Positions 1-10,522 are shown, counted from the stretch's first letter. The stretch is 64,000 nt of DNA from an uncultured Kiritimatiellota bacterium (GCA_934675625.1 CAKURH010000005.1:125-64124), one strand, 5' to 3'. Translations and numbers: made by a program. Notes: generated by a model from the sequence alone, not told the origin.

Positions 1-2506
1 CAATGACGGACGCTTTCGCGATGACTTGCTCCGCCTCGGTCTTCGCGCGTTCGACCGTGATGGGGGCGCGGATGCGAAAGGTCTTCGCCGCAAGGTCACC
101 AACAGCCATTCGCCGCTCGACGGCGAAGTCGTCCAGCCGCACGTGGAGCGACTCCGCGAAGTCGGACACAAAACGGAACGCCCGCGCCGTGACGGGCTGT
201 GCGAACGGGAAGAAGCGCCGCCCCGTGTCCGACTGGCCGGATGTGCTCAACACGATCTCGCGCGTGACGAGCGGACGAAACGCCGATCCGTCGTCCGAGA
301 TCTCGACACCGAGCCGTCCCGCCCCCTTCCAGAGACGTGGATGGACAAACCGACACGAGAAGCCGCCGACCGTGACAGATGCAGGGAACGTAATCAAGAC
401 TTCCTTTCCGTTGCTCGTCATCCGCGCCCCGGCGTCCGTCATGTGCCACGTGTCGGCGGGCGGCACGGGGTAGGCGAAGACGGCGATGTCGTCGTAGAAG
501 CCGTGCGGGTTCGGTGGCGCGGGAAGCCGCCCCGCGAATCGCCCGGGGCCCTTCACCTTGGTCTCGGTCAGCGCCAGGAACTTCATGCCGTTCTCCGGCA
601 GATTCCACGGCCCGCCCGAATTGGCCCAGCCGCTGCAGTTCGGCAGGCACAGCTCAAGGCCGAGCCGCCGAGCCTCTTTCGCCGCGTGGCGGATCGCGTC
701 GAACCAGGCGGGCGTGTTGAATGCGACCGGGCCGGGCGGGATGTCGCAGCCCGCGTCGAAGATCTGCGCGCCGCCGAGGCCGACCTGCGCCATCGCCTCC
801 AGATCGGCGGTGATGCCCTCCTTCGTGACGTTGCCGTTCATCCAGTGCCACCACGTCTGCGGCTTGGCGTCGTGCGGCGGATCGCGAAAGCCCGCCTCCA
901 GCGTGTCTATGCGCGAAAAAACGTTTTCGCCGACCTTGACGGCGAATGCACGCCCATCGACGAGAAGCGAAAACGGACGGTTCGAGATGACCTTGACCGC
1001 ATCCGTCGTCGCAATCACCGAGCAGGTCACGCGACCGAATCGGTAGTTCTCAACGCCCATGCGTCCCTCGACAGTGCGGGGAAAGTCGCAGCGTAGCGTG
1101 TTCTCGAACGCATTGGCCTCCTTGATGCCGATCACGTCCTCCAGGAAAATCGAGATTGGCCCCAACGCCGACCAGCCGCAGAAATCGTATCGCACGAATT
1201 CGCCGCGCTTGTTGGTCGCCGGTTTCGGCTCCGTCGGCGAATAGCATTCCCAGATCGTGTGTGGCGAGAATTCACGATAGGTCCGGTACATGTGGTCCAC
1301 AAGCCGCGTCGCGACGTCGCGCGCCCGCCCGAAATCGCCGTAGGCATCGAGCGCCTTGATCGCCATGTAGGCCGTCGGCAACCAGACCGACCCGCGCCAG
1401 TAGCCGCCCGTCGCGATGAAATCCCGGTCGTGACGCGCCAGCGAGGGCAGGGGAACGCGTCCGCCGAACCAGCGGGCGTCCGCGAGCTTGTCGGCCAGGC
1501 GACGCCCCATTGCGTCCGTCGGCATTTCCGCCAGCATCGGCCAATACGAGGCCAAAGTCGGAACCTTTGTCTTCGCAAGGTTCGACGACAGGATGTCGTA
1601 GTAAAAGCCGTCCGATTCGTCCCAATACAGGCGATTGACCTTCTCCCGAACCGCCGCGTAGCGCGTCTGCCATGTCCGCGCCTCGTCCTCTCGCCCGAGC
1701 AGCGTGGCGATGCGCGACAGGTAGAGGGCGGAAAGCCCCTGCTGCGCGAGCGCATCCACCCAGAGGAGGTCCGGATTCTCCGGGCAAAGCCCCATCGGCC
1801 CCGCATCCTTCTCGCCCTTCCGTCCGCGCGGCGTGTTGTCCATGCCGCTCGGACACCCGCCCCAGCGGTAGCCGTCTGCCGCACGCTTGAGCGCGACCCG
1901 GGAGTTCGCGCCATAAGGCTTTGGCTTCGCGGGGTCAAACGCGTCGAAGAGTTCATACCACCGCTGAAGCCAACGCTTCTCGCCATACACGCGTTCCAAA
2001 CGGGCGCGATCCCCCGTCTGGAGCGCATAGACGTATTCCGTCCAGGCAAAAAGCGGCGGATTGTCCGGATGATGGATGCGGAAGTCGAGCATCTTGCCGC
2101 AGTCGGCGCCACACCAGACGTTTCCCTTCACCTTCGGCAACGGTGCATTCGTCGCCGCCAACATGACGCCGTAGAAGTTCTCCAGCGACTCGATGCCGGG
2201 GAATTCGTCCGGGCAGTACTTGCAGAAATGCGCCATGAGGCACGTATCCCAGATCCAGATCAGGCTGGAGGCATGCGCCTCGTCCATGTACCGCGAGGCC
2301 GGCAATCCCGGAATCTCGTCGATGCGCGCGTGCGCCAGTTCCCACGCCGTGTCGTAGAGGCCGATCCATTCGGGCTTCGCGTCGTAGACCGGACGCGGCA
2401 GCCGCGCGCGCCAGTCCGGAAACTTCGTCGCCTCGCCCTGCACCGAGACGGGAAACACTGCCGTCGCCGCCGAGGCCAGCAACAGGGTCAAAATCTCAAA
2501 ACGCAT
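1..2506 (-). CDS. Secreted two-module glycoside hydrolase, truncated by the window edge: N-terminal (alpha/alpha)6 GH63/MGH1-like module fused to a GH106-like (rhamnosidase-type) module
   Basis: Absent from the ORF track because there is no stop inside the window. Manual minus-strand translation from ATG at 2506 (GGAGG about 5 nt upstream) is stop-free to base 1. Product starts MRFEILTLLLASAATAVFPVSVQGE (signal peptide). N-half motifs YWRGSVWLPTAYM and IWECYSP. From about aa 530 (nt ~900) a second module starts PPHDAKPQTWWHWMNGNVTKEGITADLEAMAQVGLGG. No track ORF shares this frame. Confidence 0.7.
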   Translation of the reverse strand, partial: MRFEILTLLLASAATAVFPVSVQGEATKFPDWRARLPRPVYDAKPEWIGLYDTAWELAHARIDEIPGLPASRYMDEAHASSLIWIWDTCLMAHFCKYCPDEFPGIESLENFYGVMLAATNAPLPKVKGNVWCGADCGKMLDFRIHHPDNPPLFAWTEYVYALQTGDRARLERVYGEKRWLQRWYELFDAFDPAKPKPYGANSRVALKRAADGYRWGGCPSGMDNTPRGRKGEKDAGPMGLCPENPDLLWVDALAQQGLSALYLSRIATLLGREDEARTWQTRYAAVREKVNRLYWDESDGFYYDILSSNLAKTKVPTLASYWPMLAEMPTDAMGRRLADKLADARWFGGRVPLPSLARHDRDFIATGGYWRGSVWLPTAYMAIKALDAYGDFGRARDVATRLVDHMYRTYREFSPHTIWECYSPTEPKPATNKRGEFVRYDFCGWSALGPISIFLEDVIGIKEANAFENTLRCDFPRTVEGRMGVENYRFGRVTCSVIATTDAVKVISNRPFSLLVDGRAFAVKVGENVFSRIDTLEAGFRDPPHDAKPQTWWHWMNGNVTKEGITADLEAMAQVGLGGAQIFDAGCDIPPGPVAFNTPAWFDAIRHAAKEARRLGLELCLPNCSGWANSGGPWNLPENGMKFLALTETKVKGPGRFAGRLPAPPNPHGFYDDIAVFAYPVPPADTWHMTDAGARMTSNGKEVLITFPASVTVGGFSCRFVHPRLWKGAGRLGVEISDDGSAFRPLVTREIVLSTSGQSDTGRRFFPFAQPVTARAFRFVSDFAESLHVRLDDFAVERRMAVGDLAAKTFRIRAPITVERAKTEAEQVIAKASVI

Positions 2507-2516
2507 TTGCACCTCC

Positions 2517-3299
2517 TTACCGGGCCCCCTGAAAACTGACGCCCGTCTCCTTGGGCCACGGCTTCGGCAATTCGGAAAAAACGGTCTTCTCGCCCTGCAT
2601 CGGCTGGACAAAGCTCATGAAGCCCTCTGACTTTCCGCCATAATACTTGGCGGAATGCCAGCCGTAGAAGTCGGCGGACGCCTTGCGGCGACGCTCCATG
2701 CCGCCGTCGCGGTACTGGCATTCGTAGAGACGCAGGGACTGCCAGACTTTCTCCTCGACGGACGAGAAGTCCACGAACACGTCCGGCACGAAGCGCTTGG
2801 CCTGATAGGTCTCCTCAAAGAAGTAAATCTCCGGCTTGATTCCCGAAAGGAAAATCGCGCGCAAGGCCGCCGCGCCCGCCATCACATGGTCCGTATGCAC
2901 GTCAACCGGCCAGTGCGCAAACACGGCGCGGGGCTGGATCTCCTTCAGCAGGGACGCCAACCGTTCGCACGACTCGCGGTTCGCATAGGCCTCGCCGTCA
3001 ATCTCGTCAAGCCAATGCAGCTTCGCGCCGATCGAGTCGCAGACGGCCTGTTCCTCCTGCGTGCGCTTTTCCTTTGTCCAGCCGTTTCGGAACTTCTCTT
3101 CACCGCAGCCGCGTTCGCCGTGCGTGTAGTCGATGACATGGAGTTCAAAGACGTCGCGCGCGAGATGCGCGAATCCGAGACAGGCGATCAGGTCGTCCGG
3201 ATGCGCGGGAACGATGACCACGCGCTCCTTTGCGAATGCCGACGCGGACAGCGTCAAGGCCACGCCCACAATTCCTGAGATTTTCTTCATCTTCTGCAT
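2517..3299 (-). CDS. Secreted LmbE/PIG-L family (CE14-like) deacetylase, copy 1
   Basis: Motifs AHPDD and HTDH. Start chosen at MQKMKKISG (signal peptide ending AFA|K), preceded by TAAGGAG that overlaps the GH28 stop. The track ORF extends 19 codons further upstream. Confidence 0.85.
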   Translation of the reverse strand: MQKMKKISGIVGVALTLSASAFAKERVVIVPAHPDDLIACLGFAHLARDVFELHVIDYTHGERGCGEEKFRNGWTKEKRTQEEQAVCDSIGAKLHWLDEIDGEAYANRESCERLASLLKEIQPRAVFAHWPVDVHTDHVMAGAAALRAIFLSGIKPEIYFFEETYQAKRFVPDVFVDFSSVEEKVWQSLRLYECQYRDGGMERRRKASADFYGWHSAKYYGGKSEGFMSFVQPMQGEKTVFSELPKPWPKETGVSFQGAR

Positions 3300-3309
3300 T
3301 TTATTCTCC

Positions 3310-4563
3310 TTAGTCTTTCCTGAAGCCCTTGATGTTCTCCGCATGGTCTGGGCCACCCGTCCATCGGCGAACCTCCACGTTCGTGACCGTCACGCCTTCG
3401 ACCGGCAGCGCGGGATCACCCTTGAGCGAGTAGGCGCAGGCGGCTTCCGCGGCCACGATGTCCTTTGCCGTCACGTTGCGGATGCGCGTGCGGACGACCT
3501 CGCAGTTCGGTCGCGGCGCCGAATAGTAGGTATTGGCATCAATCTGGACCGGCGCACCGTCCAGGCAGGCTGCCCAAACGCGCTCGAAGCGGATGTCCTC
3601 AACGAAGCCGCCACGCTCCTTGTTCGTCTTGATCAGCAGACCGTTGGACGTCGCACCGGTCATTCGACAGTCGTGCAGCCAGACGTTGCGAATGCCGGCC
3701 GAAACCTCGCTGCCGAGCGCCAGGAGCGCGTGTCCGGCCTTGATCTCGCAATTCCGTATCTCGATGTTCTCCGAAGCGATCCCGACGCGTCGCCCGTCGG
3801 CATTCTTGCCGGCCTTTACGCAGATCGCGTCATCGCCCTGGCAAAATGTGCATCCTTCGACCAGCGCGTTCTTCGTCATCTCCAAATCAAGGCCGTCCGA
3901 GTTGTGCAGGTGCGCACAGACGTCCACATTTCGCACGACGACGCCGTCGCAGACATAGGTGTGGATGCACCAGAACGGCGAGTCGCGGATGCGCACACCC
4001 TCGATTCGTACGTTCCGGCAGCGGTTGAAGTGAAGGAACTGCGGGCGCAGACGGCAGCCGGGAACCTTCGTCATGTCGCGCGCCTCGACCGGACGGCCGC
4101 CCGTCGACCAGTCGTAGACGAGGTCGTCGAGAGCCTTGCGGCTGGCTCCGTTGTGCCAGTTCCAGGCGCACCAGAAGGCGTGTTCGGCCCGTAGCGTGCC
4201 TGTTCCCGTGACGGCGACGTTCGTCGCGCCGAAAGCGTAGACAAGCGGCGAGTAGTTCAAGCACTCGACGCCCTCGTAGGCGACACGCACCGACGGAAGG
4301 TAGTCCTTCGGATTGTCCGAGAAGAGAAGTTCAGCCCCTTCTTCAAGGTGCAGCTCACAGTCGCTCGCGAGGTGTACGGGGCCCTTTGACCGCCACACGC
4401 CCTTCGGCACGACGACACGTCCGCCGCCCGCCGCACGACACGCCGCAACAGCATCCGAAACCGACGGGTAGTCCCGCAAATCGAATGTCCGAGACGTCAA
4501 TTCCGCAGACGAAGCCGCAGATGCGCCAAGCAGGAGCGCCGCCACAAGTCCAAGCGCTCTCAC
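3310..4563 (-). CDS. Glycoside hydrolase family 28 (polygalacturonase-like), secreted
   Basis: The four GH28 signature motifs are present in order: NSDG, GDDAICVK, GHALLALGSE, LLIKT. GTG start at 4563 gives signal peptide MRALGLVAALLLGASAASSA, with GGAGG upstream. The GTGA overlaps the stop of the upstream gene. Confidence 0.85.
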   Translation of the reverse strand: MRALGLVAALLLGASAASSAELTSRTFDLRDYPSVSDAVAACRAAGGGRVVVPKGVWRSKGPVHLASDCELHLEEGAELLFSDNPKDYLPSVRVAYEGVECLNYSPLVYAFGATNVAVTGTGTLRAEHAFWCAWNWHNGASRKALDDLVYDWSTGGRPVEARDMTKVPGCRLRPQFLHFNRCRNVRIEGVRIRDSPFWCIHTYVCDGVVVRNVDVCAHLHNSDGLDLEMTKNALVEGCTFCQGDDAICVKAGKNADGRRVGIASENIEIRNCEIKAGHALLALGSEVSAGIRNVWLHDCRMTGATSNGLLIKTNKERGGFVEDIRFERVWAACLDGAPVQIDANTYYSAPRPNCEVVRTRIRNVTAKDIVAAEAACAYSLKGDPALPVEGVTVTNVEVRRWTGGPDHAENIKGFRKD

Positions 4564-5393
4564 TTCATGCCTCCTTCCGGCGTCCAGACGGACGGCTTGG
4601 CCATCGACCAGTCCTGCTTCCAGCCTTTCGGCGGCGGCAGTTCGCTGAAGATGCAGCGCGAACCCTGCGGCTTCCCGTCCCATTGCGCGAAGCGCTCCAC
4701 GCATTTGCTGCGCGCCGAACCGAGGACATTGAACGTCGCGCAACGCTGGGCACGCATTTCGGCGTCGAACATCTCCAGCGCACACATGCGGTCGCCCTTG
4801 TTCTGGCTGACGTGCTGGCGGATGAATGCTCGTTTCTGTTCCATGACCTCCGTGACATCGACCGTGTACGCCGGCATGAACGTGCGTGAGTCATACGACT
4901 GCTCCATGAAATAGAACTCGATGACTTCACGCATGCCGACAAGGCCAATCGCCTTCTGGATGCAGGCGCTGCTCATGGCATGATCTTGGTGGAAGTCGAG
5001 CGGCCACATGGCGACGATCGCACGAGGCTTCAGCTCCAGCAACAGGTCCGCAACCCGACGGCAGACATCGCGGTTGGGGTAGGCGTCGCCGTCGACCTCG
5101 TCGAACCAGTGCACCGTCGCACCGACCATTGCGGCGGCGGCCTCTTCCTCTTTCGTCCGCGTCGCCTTCGTGGAGCCGTCGCGATAGCCCTTCTCGCCAA
5201 GGCCGCGCTCGCCGTGCGTCAGCACGCCGACGTGCAGCTCGAAACGGTCCTTCATCAGGAACATCGTGCCCGCGCAGGCGATCGTGTCGTCCGGGTGCGC
5301 GACGAAGAACAGCACCTTCTCCTTCGCCTCCGTCAGGAGGGCCAAGGACAGGGACAGCAGCAGAATCAACGGTTTTTTCATTTTCTCTTTCAT
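4560..5393 (-). CDS. Secreted LmbE/PIG-L family (CE14-like) deacetylase, copy 2 (paralog of 2517..3299)
   Basis: Motifs AHPDD and HQDH. Signal peptide MKEKMKKPLILLLSLSLALLTEA. Aligns with copy 1 along its full length. An alternative ATG lies at 5381. Confidence 0.85.
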   Translation of the reverse strand: MKEKMKKPLILLLSLSLALLTEAKEKVLFFVAHPDDTIACAGTMFLMKDRFELHVGVLTHGERGLGEKGYRDGSTKATRTKEEEAAAAMVGATVHWFDEVDGDAYPNRDVCRRVADLLLELKPRAIVAMWPLDFHQDHAMSSACIQKAIGLVGMREVIEFYFMEQSYDSRTFMPAYTVDVTEVMEQKRAFIRQHVSQNKGDRMCALEMFDAEMRAQRCATFNVLGSARSKCVERFAQWDGKPQGSRCIFSELPPPKGWKQDWSMAKPSVWTPEGGMK

Positions 5394-5426
5394 TCCTTTC
5401 GTATGAAGAAATCACGGTGACGGCGC

Positions 5427-8400
5427 CTACCAGCAGAAATACCGATAGGGATCGTCCTCGAGGACGGGCGCGTCGGCGTAGTGCGCCCGGTGGTTGCGCG
5501 AGCCGGCGTCCATCGCGCCGAGGATTCGGCAGAAGAGCTGCCATGTCCGGCGCTTCGTCGTGCGCAGGTAGGGCTTCGCGAAATCGTCGATCTTCCACGG
5601 CGCCAGCTGCATGAACACGTAATGGCCCTTCCCGTGCCGGATGACGCGCAGGGCCGCCGTGCCTTCTCCGACGCCCGGTCCGATCGCCGCGAAGCTCATC
5701 GCCCCGTGCCAGGCCAGCTCGGCGTTCGAGACCCCGTTCAGCTCTTTCGGGAACTTCTCCATGCGCGTGAAGTGCGCACCGTTCGTGGTCACGACTTCGA
5801 GCGGGACCGGACTCCACCGGCGCGTCTCCTCCGCCGTGAGCCCGACGCAGAGCACGCGAAGTCCCTCACGGGCCACGCGGTCGTCGAACCCGTCCGGCTT
5901 CTCCGCGCCGGACGTGACGAGGTGCACGCGCCGTCCCGGATGCGACACCGCCTCCAGGACGCCCCAGTTCCCGTTGTGCAACGCCGTCCACGCATCCTTG
6001 CCATGCGGCTTCACCCAGACCGAATCCGGCAGCTCCTTCTCCTCGACCAGCCGCCGCACGAGGCGGCGTACCAGCTCGTCCGCCGCCGGCTCCGGTGTCG
6101 TGCGCCCCGTGACGTCGAACTGACAGAGCGTAACGCGGCCGAACTCCACGCGCCAGTCGATGAGCGGCGCGTACTGAAGGCCCCAGCCGCCGTCCGCAAG
6201 CGGACGGAAGTCGCCGCATGTCGGCTTTTCCGGCAGCACTGTCGCCACCGCGCCCCGCAGCCCCGCCCGATACGGACGCGCCACGGTGTAGCCGGCCCAT
6301 GTCGTTTCGGGATAGCGCGCGATCTGCCCCGGCCCGGCTTCCGCCGCCGACACGGCCGGCGGAATCAGCGTGGACGCGCCGGCCCAGTCTCGCAAAAGCC
6401 CCTCCGTCAGATTTCCGAGGGAAGCGTCCGCGAAACGCGGGAAGGCGTTCCGCAGCCCGTATTCCTGTACGCGGAAACCGATGGACTCCAGCGTATCCTT
6501 CGTCTGCTCGAACACGAGCAGACGCGCCCGCGACCACTGCTCGTACAGGACGGCGTCCAACAGCTCGCGCGTCAGCGATTCGCGCCCGACCACGAGATCA
6601 TGCGTCACGCACGCCGCCGTTCGCGCCTCCTGCACCGTCCGTATGCGCCGATAGGGGACGCCCAGCCGATCGAAGTTCGCCGCCGTCAGACCCTTCGGGT
6701 CGTAGAGTGCAACCGCCTTTGGAAACCGACCGGTGGCGGCGGCCAACGCCGTAATCTCGAAACTGTCCGTCGACGACCAGCCCGGTGCCGCGAACGTGGC
6801 CTTGAGCGTGTAGTCACCCACACTTGGCACCGTCAGCTCGACAGGCACCTCGCCACGCAGACCCGGCGCCACACGGATGCGCCCGGCCTGATGCGTCACC
6901 GTCTGTCCGCTCTCCGCGACAAGATTCACGCGCCATGCGTAGTCCGTTGCCTCGAAGCGATCGTTGACGATCACCAACCGCTTGCGGAACTTCTCGCCCG
7001 GCCGGACATGGTGCGCCTTGTCGGTGAAGACCTCGTCCCCGCCGATGAACGCGCAATCGTCCTGATTCCAACGGCGGATCACGTCGGCAATCGGCTGACG
7101 GCGCCACTTCTCGCGATCGCCGGCGTCGATGAAATACTGGTCGTACGCACCCAGTCGATCCGGTACGACACCGGGCCGCTTGAGACTCCGATAACGGTTC
7201 GGGTTCTCGCGCGGACGCGCGGGACGCGCCAGCCGGAACATCGCGCGCTTCTGATCCCACAGCAATGCGCCCGTCAGGCCCCAGGCCCGCATCGAACGCC
7301 AATTGTCAGCCATGTAGTAGCACAGCACCTCCTGATAGCCGCAATCCAGCTCCATGACTTTCTCGTGCATCTCCCGCATCCAGCTCCACGGACGGCCCTT
7401 CGCCCACAGCGCCTCCTCGGCGGCGAGAACGGCACGCGTCGCGGGCGCGTCGGAAAACATCGCATCGCCGAGGAAGGAACTGGCCGCCTCGGCCGCGACA
7501 ATCGACTGGTAGACGCGCGCATCCCAGATGAACTGCGGCCCCCGGTAGCTCGACCAGTTAGCGATGTGCGGCATGCCGTATTCGACCAGGATCCACGGCT
7601 TCGTCCCGCGCGTCGACCACGCGCCGAACCAGTCGCTCCGCTCCTGTCGCGGCACCCAGTCGAGATACGTGTTGGTCGTGATGATGTCGTCGAGATCGCC
7701 GCCGGCATGGTGATAGCAGGGGCGCGTCGAATCGAGCCGCCGGACAATCTCGTAGCCCGCATGCGCGACCCGCCGCTTGGGCGTGTCGTCCACCGTCTTG
7801 GGCAGACGCTTGCCGTCCACGTTCGCCAAGGGATCGAAGTCGCCGAGATACCCGGCCATGTTGTGGTTGATGGCGTAGGCGACCACGCTCGGATGGTTCC
7901 GATGCGCCTTCACGAAATGTCGCGCCACGCGCGTGTAGGTCGCGCGTCCCGTCTCGTTCGTCAGAAACGATTCGACACCGCCATAGTCCTTGACGTGCGG
8001 CAACGTGTGGACGTAGGCGATGCCAAACTCGTCACAGGCCTGCAAGATCGCCTCATTGTAGGTATACGACCCCGGAACCGACCCGTACTGATCCGTGATG
8101 CAGTTGTAGCCTTCCTCCTTCAGGCGGCGGCACGTCTCGCGGCACGCGTCCAGGTTCGACAGGTCGGGCCCCATGCAGGCGATCGGCACGAGCAGCATGC
8201 GCAGGTGGATCGGCACGCCGTTCATCAGCAGCCTGTTCCCCTCGATCGACATCTCGCGAAAGCCAAACGAGAACGGATGTGCCACGTCCAGCAGCTTGCC
8301 CGAAGCCGTCGACAGGGACAGCGTGCAGTCGTACAAGTTGGTCGCGGCTCGAAAGTTCCACTGCCGCGCGTCCTTCCACGCGGCCGAGAAGGACACGACG

Positions 8401-9149
8401 CCTTCGGCATCCGGACGGATGACGCCCGACTCGAACCGCTTCCGTGCGCCGCATCCCGTCACGTCGGCCCGCAAACGGACTCCGTCCGGCGGCAGGTGCG
8501 CACGCTCGGCCTTGAACGTGACGCGACCTTTCGCCACCGAGCATTCCACCCACGGGTCGACCAGACGGCTGTGCGGCGGCAGAATGTCCAGAAAGACATC
8601 GCCCGTCAGGCCGCCGCCGCGAAACGGGCGGCGGGCGACTTTCGCCGCCGCGCGAAATCCGGCGTTGTAGTCGAGCGTCTCCTTGTCGAGATGCGCCCCC
8701 ACGACCTCGATTTCCAAGACCTGCCGTGCGCCGGGGCGGACGGCTTCAGTCAGGTCGAACTCTGCCGACGGGAAATCGCCCTCGCCCATGAGACGCCCGT
8801 CCAGCCGCACCCACGCATGCGTGCAGAACAGGTCGAGCCGCAGACGAACGCGCCGCCCCGCCGTCTCTTTCGGCATCACGAAAGCGCGACGATAGACGCG
8901 ATGCGGATCGACCCCCTTCATCGCCAGCGGAACCTTCAGCCACTCCCACGCATTCGTCGCGCCGACCGCGCGCGACTGCCAAAGGCCGTTCAGGGAGTAG
9001 CGCACGCGCGTCGGCGTCCGGCTCGTCCAGGCGTCCGTCAGCGACATGACGTCTTCGGGGCTGCCGCCCACGCCGTCCGGCAACGGCGCAACGGGCCCAT
9101 CCAAAAAAGCCGCTCCCAGAAGGAGACCACTGAGCAACGTCGCGCTCAT
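5427..9149 (-). CDS. Large GH2-like glycoside hydrolase (sugar-binding jelly roll + Ig-like + TIM barrel + C-terminal extensions)
   Basis: The N-terminus has the GH2 sugar-binding pattern (VYRRAFVMPKE..RVRLRLD..AWVRLDGRLMGEG..FDLTEAV). The TIM-barrel region contains HRNHPSVVAYAINHN. Signal-like N-terminus. Its ATG overlaps the upstream stop (ATGA at 9146-9149). Confidence 0.7.
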   Translation of the reverse strand: MSATLLSGLLLGAAFLDGPVAPLPDGVGGSPEDVMSLTDAWTSRTPTRVRYSLNGLWQSRAVGATNAWEWLKVPLAMKGVDPHRVYRRAFVMPKETAGRRVRLRLDLFCTHAWVRLDGRLMGEGDFPSAEFDLTEAVRPGARQVLEIEVVGAHLDKETLDYNAGFRAAAKVARRPFRGGGLTGDVFLDILPPHSRLVDPWVECSVAKGRVTFKAERAHLPPDGVRLRADVTGCGARKRFESGVIRPDAEGVVSFSAAWKDARQWNFRAATNLYDCTLSLSTASGKLLDVAHPFSFGFREMSIEGNRLLMNGVPIHLRMLLVPIACMGPDLSNLDACRETCRRLKEEGYNCITDQYGSVPGSYTYNEAILQACDEFGIAYVHTLPHVKDYGGVESFLTNETGRATYTRVARHFVKAHRNHPSVVAYAINHNMAGYLGDFDPLANVDGKRLPKTVDDTPKRRVAHAGYEIVRRLDSTRPCYHHAGGDLDDIITTNTYLDWVPRQERSDWFGAWSTRGTKPWILVEYGMPHIANWSSYRGPQFIWDARVYQSIVAAEAASSFLGDAMFSDAPATRAVLAAEEALWAKGRPWSWMREMHEKVMELDCGYQEVLCYYMADNWRSMRAWGLTGALLWDQKRAMFRLARPARPRENPNRYRSLKRPGVVPDRLGAYDQYFIDAGDREKWRRQPIADVIRRWNQDDCAFIGGDEVFTDKAHHVRPGEKFRKRLVIVNDRFEATDYAWRVNLVAESGQTVTHQAGRIRVAPGLRGEVPVELTVPSVGDYTLKATFAAPGWSSTDSFEITALAAATGRFPKAVALYDPKGLTAANFDRLGVPYRRIRTVQEARTAACVTHDLVVGRESLTRELLDAVLYEQWSRARLLVFEQTKDTLESIGFRVQEYGLRNAFPRFADASLGNLTEGLLRDWAGASTLIPPAVSAAEAGPGQIARYPETTWAGYTVARPYRAGLRGAVATVLPEKPTCGDFRPLADGGWGLQYAPLIDWRVEFGRVTLCQFDVTGRTTPEPAADELVRRLVRRLVEEKELPDSVWVKPHGKDAWTALHNGNWGVLEAVSHPGRRVHLVTSGAEKPDGFDDRVAREGLRVLCVGLTAEETRRWSPVPLEVVTTNGAHFTRMEKFPKELNGVSNAELAWHGAMSFAAIGPGVGEGTAALRVIRHGKGHYVFMQLAPWKIDDFAKPYLRTTKRRTWQLFCRILGAMDAGSRNHRAHYADAPVLEDDPYRYFCW

Positions 9150-10522
9150 TCGATCACCACGGCATCCGCACAGGCATCGTGCGGAGACACCGCCCTGAAG
9201 TCAATCTCAAAGCCACCAGGAACGCGCGTCACGGGCAAGGTCTTGCCCGTCTTGACGTGCGTGACTTTCGCCACCTTGCCGAGCGCCGGATCGGCGGGGA
9301 GAATCGCTGTGGATGCGGCGGATTCCTTTTCGTCCCACAGGCGAATCGCATACGTGCGGTCGCCCGACTTGGACTGCGCAAACGCCCAGCGGTCACGGAA
9401 GAACGGCGCGCGCGGACGTGTCGCATAGACGGCCGAACCGTGCGCCTTGAGCCACGCACCGACCTTGCGCATGCAGGCGACGGCAGGAACCGGCAGACGC
9501 CCGTCCGGCATCGGCCCGACGCCCAACGCCAAGTTCCCGCCCTTGGCCACGACCTCCAGCAGCAGGTGGATGACCTCACGCGGCGTCTTGTAGGTATCGT
9601 CGTAATGATAGCCCCAGTATTTGCCGAGCTTGTAGCACGATTCCCAGACCTTGTTCGTGACGGCGGTCGGCGGCAGTTTCACTTCCTGCACGTCGATGTC
9701 GCAGTAGGGGCTCTTGCTGTCGAGCCCCACGGCCAGCAGGCCCGGCGTCCGAACACGGCAGGCGTCCAGAATGCCTTCGATGTCGATGTCCTGCCCGTTC
9801 TTCGGATTCACCCACCCCGAATCAAGCCAGAACATGTCCAACGGCCCATAGTTCTCGGCCAGTTCAAGTAGCTGTCCCCGGACGTATTTCCGAAACGCCC
9901 GCCACTTGGCCGGATTCTTCTTCGTGTCGTAGGTCGGATGTCGCGAGGTCTTGAACCCGATGCCGTGATTCTCCCAATAGCTCTCGACGTGCCAGTCGGC
10001 TTGCGAGAAATACGCGCTGATGCCAAGCCCGCGCGCCCGACTGGCGTCGAAGAAACGCTTCACGATATCCGCATTCGGGTTCTTCGCGTACGGACAGGAC
10101 GGATCCGTGACCTTGTAGTTCGTGTATTTCGAGTCATACAGGCAGAACCCGTCGTGGTGCTTCGTCGTCAGGAGCACGTACTTGAACCCGCCCTTCACGG
10201 CCTCGTCCGCCCACTCCTCGGCATTGAACCGCGTCGGGTTGAACCCTCGGCTCAGGTCGAAGTAGAAGCGGCGGTAGTCGTCGCCCTGCAGCTGCGGCGT
10301 CTCGAACCGCGACCAGCTCGAATCTGCGTCCGAAAGTCCCCACGACTCGACGATGCCCGCCGTCGCGTAGATGCCGAAGTGCAGGAAGAGGGCGAACTTC
10401 TGGTCCTTGAACCACTCCAGCCGATCCGAGAGAACCTGTGTTCGCGCCTCGACGGACACGGCCGACGCCCCCACGAGCGTCATCAGCAGAACGGTTTGTG
10501 TCGACAGTTTCTTAGCGAACAT
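9146..10522 (-). CDS. Alpha-L-fucosidase, GH29, secreted
   Basis: Motifs WFKDQKFALFLHFGIYA and TTKHHDGFCLYDS. Signal peptide present. The start overlaps the 3' end of the upstream gene by 11 nt. Confidence 0.9.
   Translation of the reverse strand: MFAKKLSTQTVLLMTLVGASAVSVEARTQVLSDRLEWFKDQKFALFLHFGIYATAGIVESWGLSDADSSWSRFETPQLQGDDYRRFYFDLSRGFNPTRFNAEEWADEAVKGGFKYVLLTTKHHDGFCLYDSKYTNYKVTDPSCPYAKNPNADIVKRFFDASRARGLGISAYFSQADWHVESYWENHGIGFKTSRHPTYDTKKNPAKWRAFRKYVRGQLLELAENYGPLDMFWLDSGWVNPKNGQDIDIEGILDACRVRTPGLLAVGLDSKSPYCDIDVQEVKLPPTAVTNKVWESCYKLGKYWGYHYDDTYKTPREVIHLLLEVVAKGGNLALGVGPMPDGRLPVPAVACMRKVGAWLKAHGSAVYATRPRAPFFRDRWAFAQSKSGDRTYAIRLWDEKESAASTAILPADPALGKVAKVTHVKTGKTLPVTRVPGGFEIDFRAVSPHDACADAVVIE

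Noticed and set aside
5481-9428. 1315-aa plus-strand ORF (Arg/Pro/His-rich), the longest ORF in this region
   Set aside because: It is an antisense shadow of the GH2-like and GH29 genes. It has extreme Arg bias, no recognisable motif, no SD and no promoter. The opposite strand carries clear GH2 and GH29 motifs.
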